Positions 50,562 through 59,210 of a stretch of 64,000 nt of DNA are shown here, one piece after another (the stretch's first letter is position 1; each line of letters opens with the position of its first letter). Made by a program: the position numbers and the translations under genes. Location: positions 1 to 64,000 of the IMG/VR virus record IMGVR_UViG_3300044644_000945; one strand, given 5' to 3'. A model generated the notes under the pieces. That model did no database searches, had not been told where the DNA came from, and was given only the letters and a program-made list of their open reading frames with translations. Source of the stretch: a virus.

Positions 50562-50885
50562 TTACCATACAACAAGTACATCATTTTCAATTAGAAAATG
50601 TACTGTGTGACTTGGTACATAGTGATGGTTCTTTTTACCACGTACTGTAAATGTACCTCTGTCTACATCAAACCATTTGATTAGAGTTGTAAAATCTAAT
50701 AGTTTGATATCAAACAGTATTTGCCAAGAGTCATTTATCTTTCTTGTGGTAACTGTTTCAGATTGTTTGTTAAGTCTATCATGTAAGATAGATGCACCTT
50801 GTGAGCAACTTCCTGTTCTCACAAAGTTTACATTTTCAAAAGGGTTGATGATTTCTTTTGTACCAATGTTAAAATGCTGTGTCAT
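50562..50885 (-). CDS. Early hypothetical protein
   Basis: Conserved leader plus downstream hairpin. Confidence 0.6.
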   Translation of the reverse strand: MTQHFNIGTKEIINPFENVNFVRTGSCSQGASILHDRLNKQSETVTTRKINDSWQILFDIKLLDFTTLIKWFDVDRGTFTVRGKKNHHYVPSHTVHFLIENDVLVVW

Positions 50886-50973
50886 AATGATTATTTATTT
50901 AAAGTTATATATGTTGGGTGTTTGGTGGTTTGTGTTTAAAAATAAAGAGATGCTTTTACACATCTCTTTATCA

Positions 50974-51330
50974 TTACTCAGCTAATGCATAAGCTTTACT
51001 ATTCTCAGAATACTGTTCCCACTCATGTATGTTATATCCATTCATTATAAAGCGACTGAACTCAGCAATATTATATTCTTCATCAGATTTATATTTAAAA
51101 TCAGTTCTTGCTTCATTGTAGTATCTAAACTCAGCTGTTTTTACATTAACAATTTTATCCCAATGATTGTAAGATACAAACTTATACAGTTTGTCTTTGA
51201 TTACAGCTTCTTGGGATATTGCAGGTTCTGTATAAGTTCCATACAATACTTGCAAAGCAAGTTCAGGATTACCTGTTTGGTTAACTACTTGTAATAGTCC
51301 ATTTAAGTTTACTTCAATTGTTGTTTTCAT
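50974..51330 (-). CDS. Early hypothetical protein (start revised to ATG 51330)
   Basis: Conserved leader sits 12 nt upstream of 51330. Confidence 0.6.
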   Translation of the reverse strand: MKTTIEVNLNGLLQVVNQTGNPELALQVLYGTYTEPAISQEAVIKDKLYKFVSYNHWDKIVNVKTAEFRYYNEARTDFKYKSDEEYNIAEFSRFIMNGYNIHEWEQYSENSKAYALAE

Positions 51331-51397
51331 AATATTATTTGTTTTAAAGTTATACATATTGGTGGTGAGGAGGTTGTTGTGTACAATAAAAGTGTTG

Positions 51398-51628
51398 TTA
51401 AACAACACCTTTATGTACTACATTTTCTATTATACTAATGTTTAATAAATCAATGTTTTCTGATAGTAACCAATTGTTACCTGCAATTAGTTTTCCTACA
51501 ACAATTCTATGTTGTGCAATTAACCCATATATTTGTTCTTCTTCATTGATTATATCAATGATTACAAATTCTACTTTTACAATACCAAAAGGGGTGTTTT
51601 TTTCAATAATGACTGTTTCGTGTAACAT
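51398..51628 (-). CDS. Early hypothetical protein
   Basis: Conserved leader. Confidence 0.55.
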   Translation of the reverse strand: MLHETVIIEKNTPFGIVKVEFVIIDIINEEEQIYGLIAQHRIVVGKLIAGNNWLLSENIDLLNISIIENVVHKGVV

Positions 51629-51714
51629 AATTTATTTATTTAAGAGTTATATACTTTGGTGGTGTTGGGGTGCTGTCTTTAATGAAAAAGCAGGTTGTTA
51701 CACCTGCTGTTTTA

Positions 51715-52008
51715 TTAACAACCATAATGAGGATGTTCATCAAATGTTGGTTCATGTTCTTCAGGTTCTTCTAATTTTTGAAAACCTATGCCACAAACCA
51801 TGTAGAAGTCTTCATCATCTTGAATGACATCACCTACACATGTTGAACGAACTTCATTCATTGCCCAATCTACATGGTCATTTTGAGCATATTCAAACGC
51901 TTTCTCTAATGATGAAGCATTTACAAAACCTGCATAAACTCTTGGTTGACATTCAACTTCTTCAAATTTGTTGATACCTGTTGAATGAAAAATGTGATAC
52001 TGTTTCAT
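51715..52008 (-). CDS. YodL-like early protein
   Basis: LE.AF...Q...RSTCVGDVI...Y.V...GF. Confidence 0.55.
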   Translation of the reverse strand: MKQYHIFHSTGINKFEEVECQPRVYAGFVNASSLEKAFEYAQNDHVDWAMNEVRSTCVGDVIQDDEDFYMVCGIGFQKLEEPEEHEPTFDEHPHYGC

Positions 52009-52683
52009 GATAATATTTGTTTAAAGTTATTTTTAATGGTGGTGTTGTGGTTGTTGTAATAACAATAAAGCACACCTGAGGGTACAGTGTGCTTTATGTT
52101 ATAATAAATGATAATGCTTTGCTAAAGCTCCTTTTTGGTATTACATGTCAAAGCAATAAGACAACACCTTTAGTTAGTTAAGTACAATGCTCTTCAGCTA
52201 CATGTTAAATAATACTACACACTACAAGCACAGTCTGGGGGGAGCGACTATGCCTATAGTATATAATATTCTGCATTGCATCTGTACACAATACAATGGA
52301 ACAATGAAGCAGATTATTTTCTACTAAGCTATATTACTTAGTGTACTAACTCTCACCTGAGAAAGTTGGCTTCATAACATAATAACATTCTATACAGAAA
52401 CTTTTCCCAAAGTTATTCTATATTTTATATTATCATGCTGTATCAAGTGGGGGTATGGTGGTGCTTGTCTTTTGGCGTGGGGTGGTTTTGGTATACAGTA
52501 CTCACTTTCTCTTCCTCAGAAGTCCTGAAAAATACCAAAAATTTTTTTTGAAACACCAAGTAAAAAAACCCCAGCAGCACTGCCAGGGTTTCAAAGTCAC
52601 TGAGAGATTCAAACTCTCATCCATCAACTTTAGTTGACATGTTTATCTACTGTGGTATTTATTCCCACTTACACCAAATGACT

Positions 52684-52893
52684 TTAGTTATTCATTGTTA
52701 GCATTATGTCTTTCTCTTCTGTTATTTCACATTCATAGTGCCAGCTTGCATCGCCATCTATGGTAAGTTTTATAAGCATCCCACCATCAGCTGTACCTTG
52801 TACTCCTATGACTTGTCTTGGATCTTGATTTATATCTGTTTTAACATAGACTACTTGCCCATAGTTAAACTTGCATCTTACTAATATTCCCAT
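52684..52893 (-). CDS. Small SH3-like hypothetical protein
   Basis: F..GQ.VY.KTD..Q..R...WHYE.EI. Confidence 0.55.
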   Translation of the reverse strand: MGILVRCKFNYGQVVYVKTDINQDPRQVIGVQGTADGGMLIKLTIDGDASWHYECEITEEKDIMLTMNN

Positions 52894-53198
52894 TATTCTT
52901 CTGTATCAGGTTTTACAATTTCTGCTGTAACTTCTATGTTGTCTACATCTTTTTCATCACTGATCTCATTTAGTATAAGGTTGTACTCATAGTTTGTTAT
53001 AAGACCTGTAGTTCTATGAACTTCAACCCCATCTTTTAAAAAGACAAGAACAGGAATTGTTCTTACTCTATACTTAACAGCTGTTTCATGATCTTTGTCT
53101 ACATTGATCTCTATTAATTTTTCACCTTCTAATCTTTGAGAAAGTGCTCTACATGGTCCACACCAATCAGCGTAGAATTTTAAAACTTCTATTTTCAT
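52893..53198 (-). CDS. trxA: Thioredoxin
   Basis: FYADWCGPC, VRTIP. Confidence 0.9.
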   Translation of the reverse strand: MKIEVLKFYADWCGPCRALSQRLEGEKLIEINVDKDHETAVKYRVRTIPVLVFLKDGVEVHRTTGLITNYEYNLILNEISDEKDVDNIEVTAEIVKPDTEE

Positions 53199-53358
53199 AA
53201 TGTTGTATTTAATGCTTGTGTTAATGTATAAGTGTTTGATGTAGTTGTGCCACCATAAAGTCTGTCATCTATAGTACTACCTGAACTGCTGTGCCCAAAA
53301 ATACTTCCTTTATTACGAGTAGTAGGATACTTACTTGTATTGGACAACAAAGGAAGAT

Positions 53359-53559
53359 TTAAAAATTTCTTACTACAATTTCTATGTTATCTGGATTCTC
53401 AGCGTGTGCATCAGGAATGTCTCTTGTGATTTTAAAGATTAGATCTTTCTCAGATTTAGCTAATGCTGTTGATACAGGGATGATTAGTTTACTATCCTCA
53501 TACTTACCTTCTTTGTCATATGTGTGTAGCAACACAGCATATTGAAATAACTTCTTCAT
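53359..53559 (-). CDS. Hypothetical protein; possible -1 frameshift extension to 53195
   Basis: Ends AGA AAT TTT TAA. Confidence 0.6.
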   Translation of the reverse strand: MKKLFQYAVLLHTYDKEGKYEDSKLIIPVSTALAKSEKDLIFKITRDIPDAHAENPDNIEIVVRNF

Positions 53560-53585
53560 GTGTTTTTTGTTTTAAAATTATTTTA

Positions 53586-53633
53586 CAAATATATAATAAA
53601 TTTGTAAAAGTTAAACTTTTCTTTATATATTTG
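53586..53633. promoter_or_regulatory. Divergent Bacteroidetes-type sigma promoters at the strand switch
   Basis: + strand TTTG (53601)-21 nt-TATATTTG (53626); minus strand TATATTTG at 53586-53593. Confidence 0.7.
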
Positions 53634-53660
53634 TAGTGTTAATTTAAATAAACAAAAAAC

Positions 53661-54065
53661 ATGAGCACACAAACAGAAGAAAAAAAGACACCTACTAAAG
53701 CAGAGGTGTTAAATTTTTACAAAGAACAAATTGAAGTTGCAAAACTTAGAAGAGATCTTGCAGAGATTGTATGTATAACTGCTGAGTTTGATGCAAGAAG
53801 AGTTGAAGCTATTGCTAAGCAAGCACACTTTTCTAGACCAGCACAACAACAACCACCACAACAAGAAGGTATGCCAGAGGGAGTGATTCCTCATACTGTA
53901 ACACAAGAGGACTTGGATGCAAATCCTGAGTTAGCAGAACAAGGCATTAAGGTGGGTGATGTAGTTGGTATTTCAGAAAGACCACAACCTGAAGAACAAA
54001 TGATGTCTGAAATTGATCCAGCTGCAGAAGATGAAGCTCCAGTAAGAAAACTAAAAAAAGACTAA
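53661..54065 (+). CDS. Hypothetical protein
   Basis: Coiled-coil N-terminus; HTVTQEDLDANPEL..QG.KVGD motif. Confidence 0.6.
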   Translation: MSTQTEEKKTPTKAEVLNFYKEQIEVAKLRRDLAEIVCITAEFDARRVEAIAKQAHFSRPAQQQPPQQEGMPEGVIPHTVTQEDLDANPELAEQGIKVGDVVGISERPQPEEQMMSEIDPAAEDEAPVRKLKKD

Positions 54066-54359
54066 ATGCAACCATTTGAAGAATTAACAGGAAGAAGAGT
54101 ATTACTTACTAAACCTGTAAGAAAAGAAAGTTCTATTGAATTATCTGATGAGACTAAAGCTGCTCTAGATGCTGAAGCTATGAAAGATTGGACTGCATTA
54201 GAAGTGTATGCAATAGGAACAGATGTTACTAAACCTAATTTAGTACCAGGTAAAAAAGTATATGTTCCTACATATAGTTTACAATCATCAGAAATTCTTG
54301 AAGTTGAAGGAGCTTTAAGAATGATGATAAATGAAGGTGATGTAGCAATCATCTGGTAA
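54066..54359 (+). CDS. GroES-like co-chaperonin
   Basis: L.G.RVL...I.L...V.AIG......G.KV...I.E.DV pattern; 97 aa. Confidence 0.6.
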   Translation: MQPFEELTGRRVLLTKPVRKESSIELSDETKAALDAEAMKDWTALEVYAIGTDVTKPNLVPGKKVYVPTYSLQSSEILEVEGALRMMINEGDVAIIW

Positions 54360-54470
54360 TAATCCATGCTATAAAAAACAAGTGAAATCCTGTCGCTACT
54401 GGGGTGTCCCCAAGTAGTTCTGAGTCACAAGGGCGTTTAGGTACAGGTGCATATAGCTAAAAACAACAAC

Positions 54471-55121
54471 ATGCAAGAACCAAATAGAACAAGAAAGAAT
54501 GACATTAAATATAATGTTACTCTCAACGAAGAACAAAAGCTTGCCAAACAATTAATACTAGATAATCAGATTACTATTATAACAGGTAGAGCTGGTTCAG
54601 GAAAAAGTTTAGTAGGTGTTGTTACTGCATTAGATTTTTTAAATAAGAAACAAATCAGTAAGATACTTGTAACAAGAAGTGCAATTGAGGTTGGTAAATC
54701 TTTAGGGTTCTTGCCAGGATCATTAGATGAAAAGTTCAATCCTTACATGGAAGCTCTAATAGAAAATGCATACAAGTGTATGGATAAATCTAAGGTTGAT
54801 ATGTTTGTAAAGGATGATAAAATTTCAGCTACTCCTGTACAGTTTATTAGAGGTAAAACTATAGATGATGTACTTATTGTAGAAGAAGCACAAAACTTAA
54901 CCAAAGCTGAGATGCTTGCTTTATTAACAAGACTAGGTAAAACTGGTAAGATTATTATCAATGGTGATAATGAACAAAAAGATATTAGAGATGAGTACAA
55001 TGGCTTATCATATGTTATTGAACTCTCTAAAAAGATTAAAGAAATACAATGGATTAAGCTTAAAGAAAATCATAGATCTGACTTAGTAGGTAAGATACTT
55101 GATTATGAGTATTCAAAATAA
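54471..55121 (+). CDS. phoH: PhoH-family ATPase
   Basis: GRAGSGKS, LGFLPG, FIRG.T, EEAQN, TRLG, GD..Q.D, HRS. Confidence 0.92.
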   Translation: MQEPNRTRKNDIKYNVTLNEEQKLAKQLILDNQITIITGRAGSGKSLVGVVTALDFLNKKQISKILVTRSAIEVGKSLGFLPGSLDEKFNPYMEALIENAYKCMDKSKVDMFVKDDKISATPVQFIRGKTIDDVLIVEEAQNLTKAEMLALLTRLGKTGKIIINGDNEQKDIRDEYNGLSYVIELSKKIKEIQWIKLKENHRSDLVGKILDYEYSK

Positions 55122-55298
55122 AAAGACCTCTGCTGGTGCACCAGTAAGTATCGAAGACAGGAATTACAGATCATAATGTCAAACATAATGATGTTGGCGT
55201 GGAGGTCCTCTAAATCGTAGGTTAGCACAGTTGTAACTCTGGGGGTATTCAAAAGTTACTGAAGGCTTAGTCAGTTGTGCCATAAACAACTGTTTTAT

Positions 55299-55369
55299 AG
55301 TGTGGTAGAGTAATGGTAACTTGCTGGACTCATATTCCAGAGCTGAGGGTTCGACTCCCTCCCACGCAA
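55299..55369 (+). tRNA. tRNA with CAT anticodon (Met; identity uncertain), CCA not encoded
   Basis: Cloverleaf: AGTGTGG/CCACGCA, GAGT/ACTT, CTGGA-CTCATAT-TCCAG, GAGGG-TTCGACT-CCCTC. Confidence 0.88.
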
Positions 55370-55383
55370 CTAAAGATAAAAGT

Positions 55384-55578
55384 ATGATGTTACAATTAGA
55401 ACCAATGATACCTATTAAAAGAGTATCTGACAACATGGAAGGTTATGCTTTTTTAGTTATTGATTATAGCCAAGAGCATGACTTGTTGTTTACATGTGCA
55501 ATGGATGATGGTGAGATTTGGACATTGAATAATAAAGAAATAAGATTTTGCAAAAACATATCATTAGATAGAAAATAA
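55384..55578 (+). CDS. Hypothetical protein (start revised; track ORF overlaps the tRNA)
   Basis: MMLQLEP.IP...IDYSQEHDL...GEIW. Confidence 0.6.
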   Translation: MMLQLEPMIPIKRVSDNMEGYAFLVIDYSQEHDLLFTCAMDDGEIWTLNNKEIRFCKNISLDRK

Positions 55579-55583
55579 ATACT

Positions 55584-55902
55584 GGGGGTGACTGGTTTTG
55601 ACAGGTCATTAGTAGGTAGTACAATCAGCCAGAGAGATAACTGTAAACTAAGGTGAATTTAATAAATGGCAAAAACACAATCAGTGTAGTATCTCTAGGA
55701 GACAACGCACAAGTAGAAGCTAACATGAACAAAGTATTCTCTTTATTAGGAGAAGAAGTTGCTGTAGCAGCCTAGATTAAAAAGATTTCTCTGTTAGATT
55801 AAACAGAGTGGTGGATTGCTCAAGCCAAGCTTGACCCTATAAGCTGTATAAATTGTATTATTGATCATGGTTTGGACAGGGGTTCGACTCCCCTCACCTC
55901 CA
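55584..55902 (+). ncRNA. ssrA: tmRNA
   Basis: 5' GGGGGTGACTGGTTTTGAC; 3' GGACAGGGGTTCGACTCCCCTCACCTCCA; G3-U70 pair; internal ORF ending VAVAA*. Confidence 0.9.
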
Positions 55903-55968
55903 CAAAATGTACAGTATTCTGTACAAAATTGCACATTATGTGTGAAATAACCAACATTGAGAGAAGAA

Positions 55969-56364
55969 ATGGAAGTAAAAAAAGTAAATAAAAAACTAAG
56001 ATTATCTACACAAGACATAGTGAGATATCAACTTATAACAGAAGTATCATTCTTTAGAAAAGAATATTTGATACCTTCTGATTTAGAGATACTTACACTA
56101 CTTGTAATGTGGGGACCTATTGACTTAGGAGGATTTTGTGCATCTGCTGCTAGAGTTATATATCCAGAATCTTTACCAGAAGAGTTATCTACACGCGCGC
56201 AGAACATTAGAAACAGAATTGTTAAGCTTGAAAAAAGAAAGATAATTGTAAAATCAAAAACAGGTAGAAAAGTAATTGTACTTAATCCTGATATTGATAT
56301 ACAATCTAAAGGTAATATATTGTTAGACTATAATTATTTAGCAGTTGAATCCAATAAAGCGTAA
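55969..56364 (+). CDS. Probable winged-helix DNA-binding protein
   Basis: Q.IRN.I.KLEKRK.I.K pattern. Confidence 0.5.
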   Translation: MEVKKVNKKLRLSTQDIVRYQLITEVSFFRKEYLIPSDLEILTLLVMWGPIDLGGFCASAARVIYPESLPEELSTRAQNIRNRIVKLEKRKIIVKSKTGRKVIVLNPDIDIQSKGNILLDYNYLAVESNKA

Positions 56365-56737
56365 AAGCATAGTAGAAATGACTGCAAAAGATTTAGATTT
56401 TGCAGTGGATATGGTAGATGATATTGTATCACATTATTATCTAACACTACAAAGAAAGTTATCTAGTGCAGATCATCCATATATTGCAGTTCCCAGATTG
56501 GGAACTTTTGTAGTTAAAAAGAAATCTTTAGTAGACATGATAACAAAGCATCAAAACTTTGTAAACAAGATTGAAAAAGATGAGCATATAACAGTGCATA
56601 CATATGAGTTAATCATAAAGAAACGCGCTGAAATACAAAGACTTACAAAACTACAAGAAAGAATGCAACAAGAACAAGAAAGAAGAGAAGAAGTTAAACT
56701 TAAAAAACAAATATACAAAGATGGAAAATCTAATTAA
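56345..56737 (+). CDS. HU/IHF-like DNA-binding protein
   Basis: Helical N-terminus then I.VPRLGTF.VK. Confidence 0.6.
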   Translation: MNPIKRKSIVEMTAKDLDFAVDMVDDIVSHYYLTLQRKLSSADHPYIAVPRLGTFVVKKKSLVDMITKHQNFVNKIEKDEHITVHTYELIIKKRAEIQRLTKLQERMQQEQERREEVKLKKQIYKDGKSN

Positions 56738-57032
56738 AATTTGGAAATCACGCAATCAAATTGCAGAAGGTGTAAAGAATAATATCTTTAAAACTAAACA
56801 TGTAGAAGACATTGCATTTTTTAGAAATGAAATATGTAGGTCTTGTGAGTTTATAGACACAAAAGGTTCTAAGTGTGCAGTACCTGGTACACAACCATGT
56901 TGTGGAGAGTGTGGATGTTCTTTAAAATTAAAGACTAGATCTTTATCTTCTGATTGTCCAAGAGGTTTTTGGAAAGCAGAACTTACTGAAGAAGAAGAAG
57001 CTATTGTAAATCAGCAACTAAAAATTAACTAA
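56721..57032 (+). CDS. Cys-rich Zn-binding protein
   Basis: R..IC..C...C..CGC.L..K.....CP...W. Confidence 0.6.
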   Translation: MENLIKIWKSRNQIAEGVKNNIFKTKHVEDIAFFRNEICRSCEFIDTKGSKCAVPGTQPCCGECGCSLKLKTRSLSSDCPRGFWKAELTEEEEAIVNQQLKIN

Positions 57033-57034
57033 TC

Positions 57035-57880
57035 ATGGCAATAGTATTTGAAGCACAAACACATTCTTATATATCAGTAGATCCACAAGATAAAACTAAA
57101 TGGGTGTCAGTAACAACATTACTTGGTGCTTTGAAACAACCATTTGATTCTGAAGCAATTGCACTTAAATGTTCTCAAAATCAAAAGAAAACAAATAAGT
57201 GGCGTGGTATGTCACCAGCAATGATTCAAGCTACTTGGAAAAAAGAATCAGAAAGAGCATGTACATTAGGTAACTGGTATCATGATCAAAGAGAACAAGA
57301 CATTGTAGGTTGCAATACTATTGTAAGACATGAGGTAGAACTCCCAGTTATCAAACCTCTTTTAGATGGTACAGGAAAAAAGTTAGCTCCTTTACAGAAG
57401 TTAATCAATGGTATATACCCTGAGCATATGGTGTATCTAAAGTCTGCAGGTATATGTGGACAATCTGACTTAGTTGAGGTTGTAAATGATACTGTGCATA
57501 TAACTGATTATAAGACTAATAAAAAGATTGACAAAACTTCTTTTGTTAATTGGGAAGGTGTTTCTAAAAAAATGTTAGGTCCTGTAGCACACTTAGATGA
57601 CTGTAATTTAAATCATTATAATCTACAGTTAAGTATTTATATGTATATTATACTGAAGCATAATCCTAATTTAAAAGCAGGTAAGCTTATTATTCATCAT
57701 ATTACTTTTGAAGAGGAAGAACAAACAGATGAGTTTGGTTATCCAATAACAAAGTTATCTGATCAAGGTGAGCCAATAATCAGAGATATAGAAATATATG
57801 AACTGCCATATCTTAAAAGTGAAGTTATTGCATTGCTTAAATGGTATGAGAATAATAAAGACAAAGTAAAAAAGAAATAA
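57035..57880 (+). CDS. PD-(D/E)xK nuclease
   Basis: F....H.Y, SVTT, CGQSDL...DYKTN, Y.LQLSIY. Confidence 0.8.
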   Translation: MAIVFEAQTHSYISVDPQDKTKWVSVTTLLGALKQPFDSEAIALKCSQNQKKTNKWRGMSPAMIQATWKKESERACTLGNWYHDQREQDIVGCNTIVRHEVELPVIKPLLDGTGKKLAPLQKLINGIYPEHMVYLKSAGICGQSDLVEVVNDTVHITDYKTNKKIDKTSFVNWEGVSKKMLGPVAHLDDCNLNHYNLQLSIYMYIILKHNPNLKAGKLIIHHITFEEEEQTDEFGYPITKLSDQGEPIIRDIEIYELPYLKSEVIALLKWYENNKDKVKKK

Positions 57881-58503
57881 TGCTAAACTCAAATATACCA
57901 TCATTTAAATGTCTTGTTAGACTTTCTCATTTTACAAAAGATGAAAAAGATAAGAATACATATCATAATGGGTATGCTTTTGCAATACAATCTGTAGAAG
58001 GCAAGATATTAACATTTCACATAATGACAGATTATGGGATGCTTAGAAGTAGAGTTCCTATATCAGAAATATTTTTAAAGGTTCCTACTAAAGATATACC
58101 TTCACATTATAAACAACTGTGGGATTGTTTTTCTCAAAATGTAACAGCTACAAAGTTTGATTACTTAAATGGAAAAAGATGCCAAGTAGTTTTAAAGAAT
58201 AATGAAAAGGTTTGGGCAACATATATGTTTACTATAGATTGGTTTAACAATCCATATAGTGATGAACCAAGTGATTATAAATGTGGACATATATTAGTTT
58301 CTGATGATGGATATTTATTGTGTCAACCAAATAATAGAATATACTGGAAAGACAGTAACTGGGTAACACAAGATTTTCCTATAGAAAAGAAAAATATAAA
58401 AGTAGATAATAATCTTGAATCTGTAGAATCTTACTCAGATAGATGGGTAAGTGAAGATGGAGATTCTTTTTATTATAACATAAATTTAGAAAAGAATGAT
58501 TAG
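57880..58503 (+). CDS. Conserved phage hypothetical protein
   Basis: LN.NIP...QLWDCFS...Y.FTIDW...QPNNRI. Confidence 0.6.
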   Translation: MLNSNIPSFKCLVRLSHFTKDEKDKNTYHNGYAFAIQSVEGKILTFHIMTDYGMLRSRVPISEIFLKVPTKDIPSHYKQLWDCFSQNVTATKFDYLNGKRCQVVLKNNEKVWATYMFTIDWFNNPYSDEPSDYKCGHILVSDDGYLLCQPNNRIYWKDSNWVTQDFPIEKKNIKVDNNLESVESYSDRWVSEDGDSFYYNINLEKND

Positions 58504-59011
58504 ATTATTTGACATAAATAATGGACAAGTTGTACCATCAGAACATTGCTACACATTAAGAGATTTAAGGACAATCATGGATGAATATCCTGATGACTAT
58601 CATAATGTATATGCATATCTGTTTTATATGACATGTCCTAACCCAGATTTAAATCCATATTTTGATACACCAGAACATGAAAAAGAAGAACTTATACTTT
58701 CGCAGCTTACTGTTAATTTTAGTTTGGAAGATGACACTATCATTACTGCTAGACAGTTTTGTGAAAAGCTTTACCAAACACCTACGTTTCGTGCGTACAT
58801 GGGTATCAAAACTATGTTAGATAAACTAGCTACTTACATGGAAACAAGTGAAATTACTGCTGGTAGAGATGGTAATATAAACTCTATTGTAAATGCAGCA
58901 GCAAAATTTGAACAAATAAGACTCTCATTTAGAGGAGCTTATAAAGATTTAATGGAAGAACAAAAAAGCTCTGTAAGAGGAGGGCAAAACTTAGGATACG
59001 ATCAAATGTAA
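58496..59011 (+). CDS. Hypothetical protein, candidate terminase small subunit
   Basis: Helical, upstream of terL, ends VRGG...YD. Confidence 0.4.
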   Translation: MIRLFDINNGQVVPSEHCYTLRDLRTIMDEYPDDYHNVYAYLFYMTCPNPDLNPYFDTPEHEKEELILSQLTVNFSLEDDTIITARQFCEKLYQTPTFRAYMGIKTMLDKLATYMETSEITAGRDGNINSIVNAAAKFEQIRLSFRGAYKDLMEEQKSSVRGGQNLGYDQM

Positions 59012-59016
59012 ACATT

Positions 59017-59208
59017 ATGGAAAAACAAAAATTATACAACTGGTTATTTCATTATAACCATCATGAAGAACTTTGGACAGCTTTTCATAGAGAAGATCAT
59101 TCAGCATATTGGAATGGTACTCAACCAACACACAGAATATATAGAGACCCTTCTTTTGAAAGTCTATTGATACAACTTTTTGATTTTGAATTTCCAAACA
59201 AATCATAA
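59017..59208 (+). CDS. Hypothetical protein
   Basis: 63-aa ORF abutting terL. Confidence 0.5.
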   Translation: MEKQKLYNWLFHYNHHEELWTAFHREDHSAYWNGTQPTHRIYRDPSFESLLIQLFDFEFPNKS

Positions 59209-59210
59209 GA

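Larger units (their letters stand above)
50439..52031 (-). repeat. Five dispersed copies of a conserved early-gene leader (C-rich CACCACC...ATAACTTTAAA) at 50439, 50898, 51343, 51640, 52020
   Basis: Each copy ends 11-13 nt before an ATG. Confidence 0.8.

Noticed and set aside
50439-52031. CRISPR array or integron attC array
   Set aside because: Repeats are short and degenerate, separated by whole genes of 230-550 nt; no cas or integrase gene; no GTTRRRY core pattern seen
52455-52637. 60-aa plus-strand ORF (also 50468-50650)
   Set aside because: Derived from G/T-rich regulatory tracts; no leader and implausible composition
54389-55280. Hammerhead, pistol, twister or HDV-like (theta) ribozyme near the tRNA
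   Set aside because: Could not place the required catalytic cores by eye; kept only as unclassified structured RNA
55179-56018. ORFs 55179-55436 (-), 55794-56018 (-) and the 55321 start
   Set aside because: They overlap the tRNA and tmRNA genes
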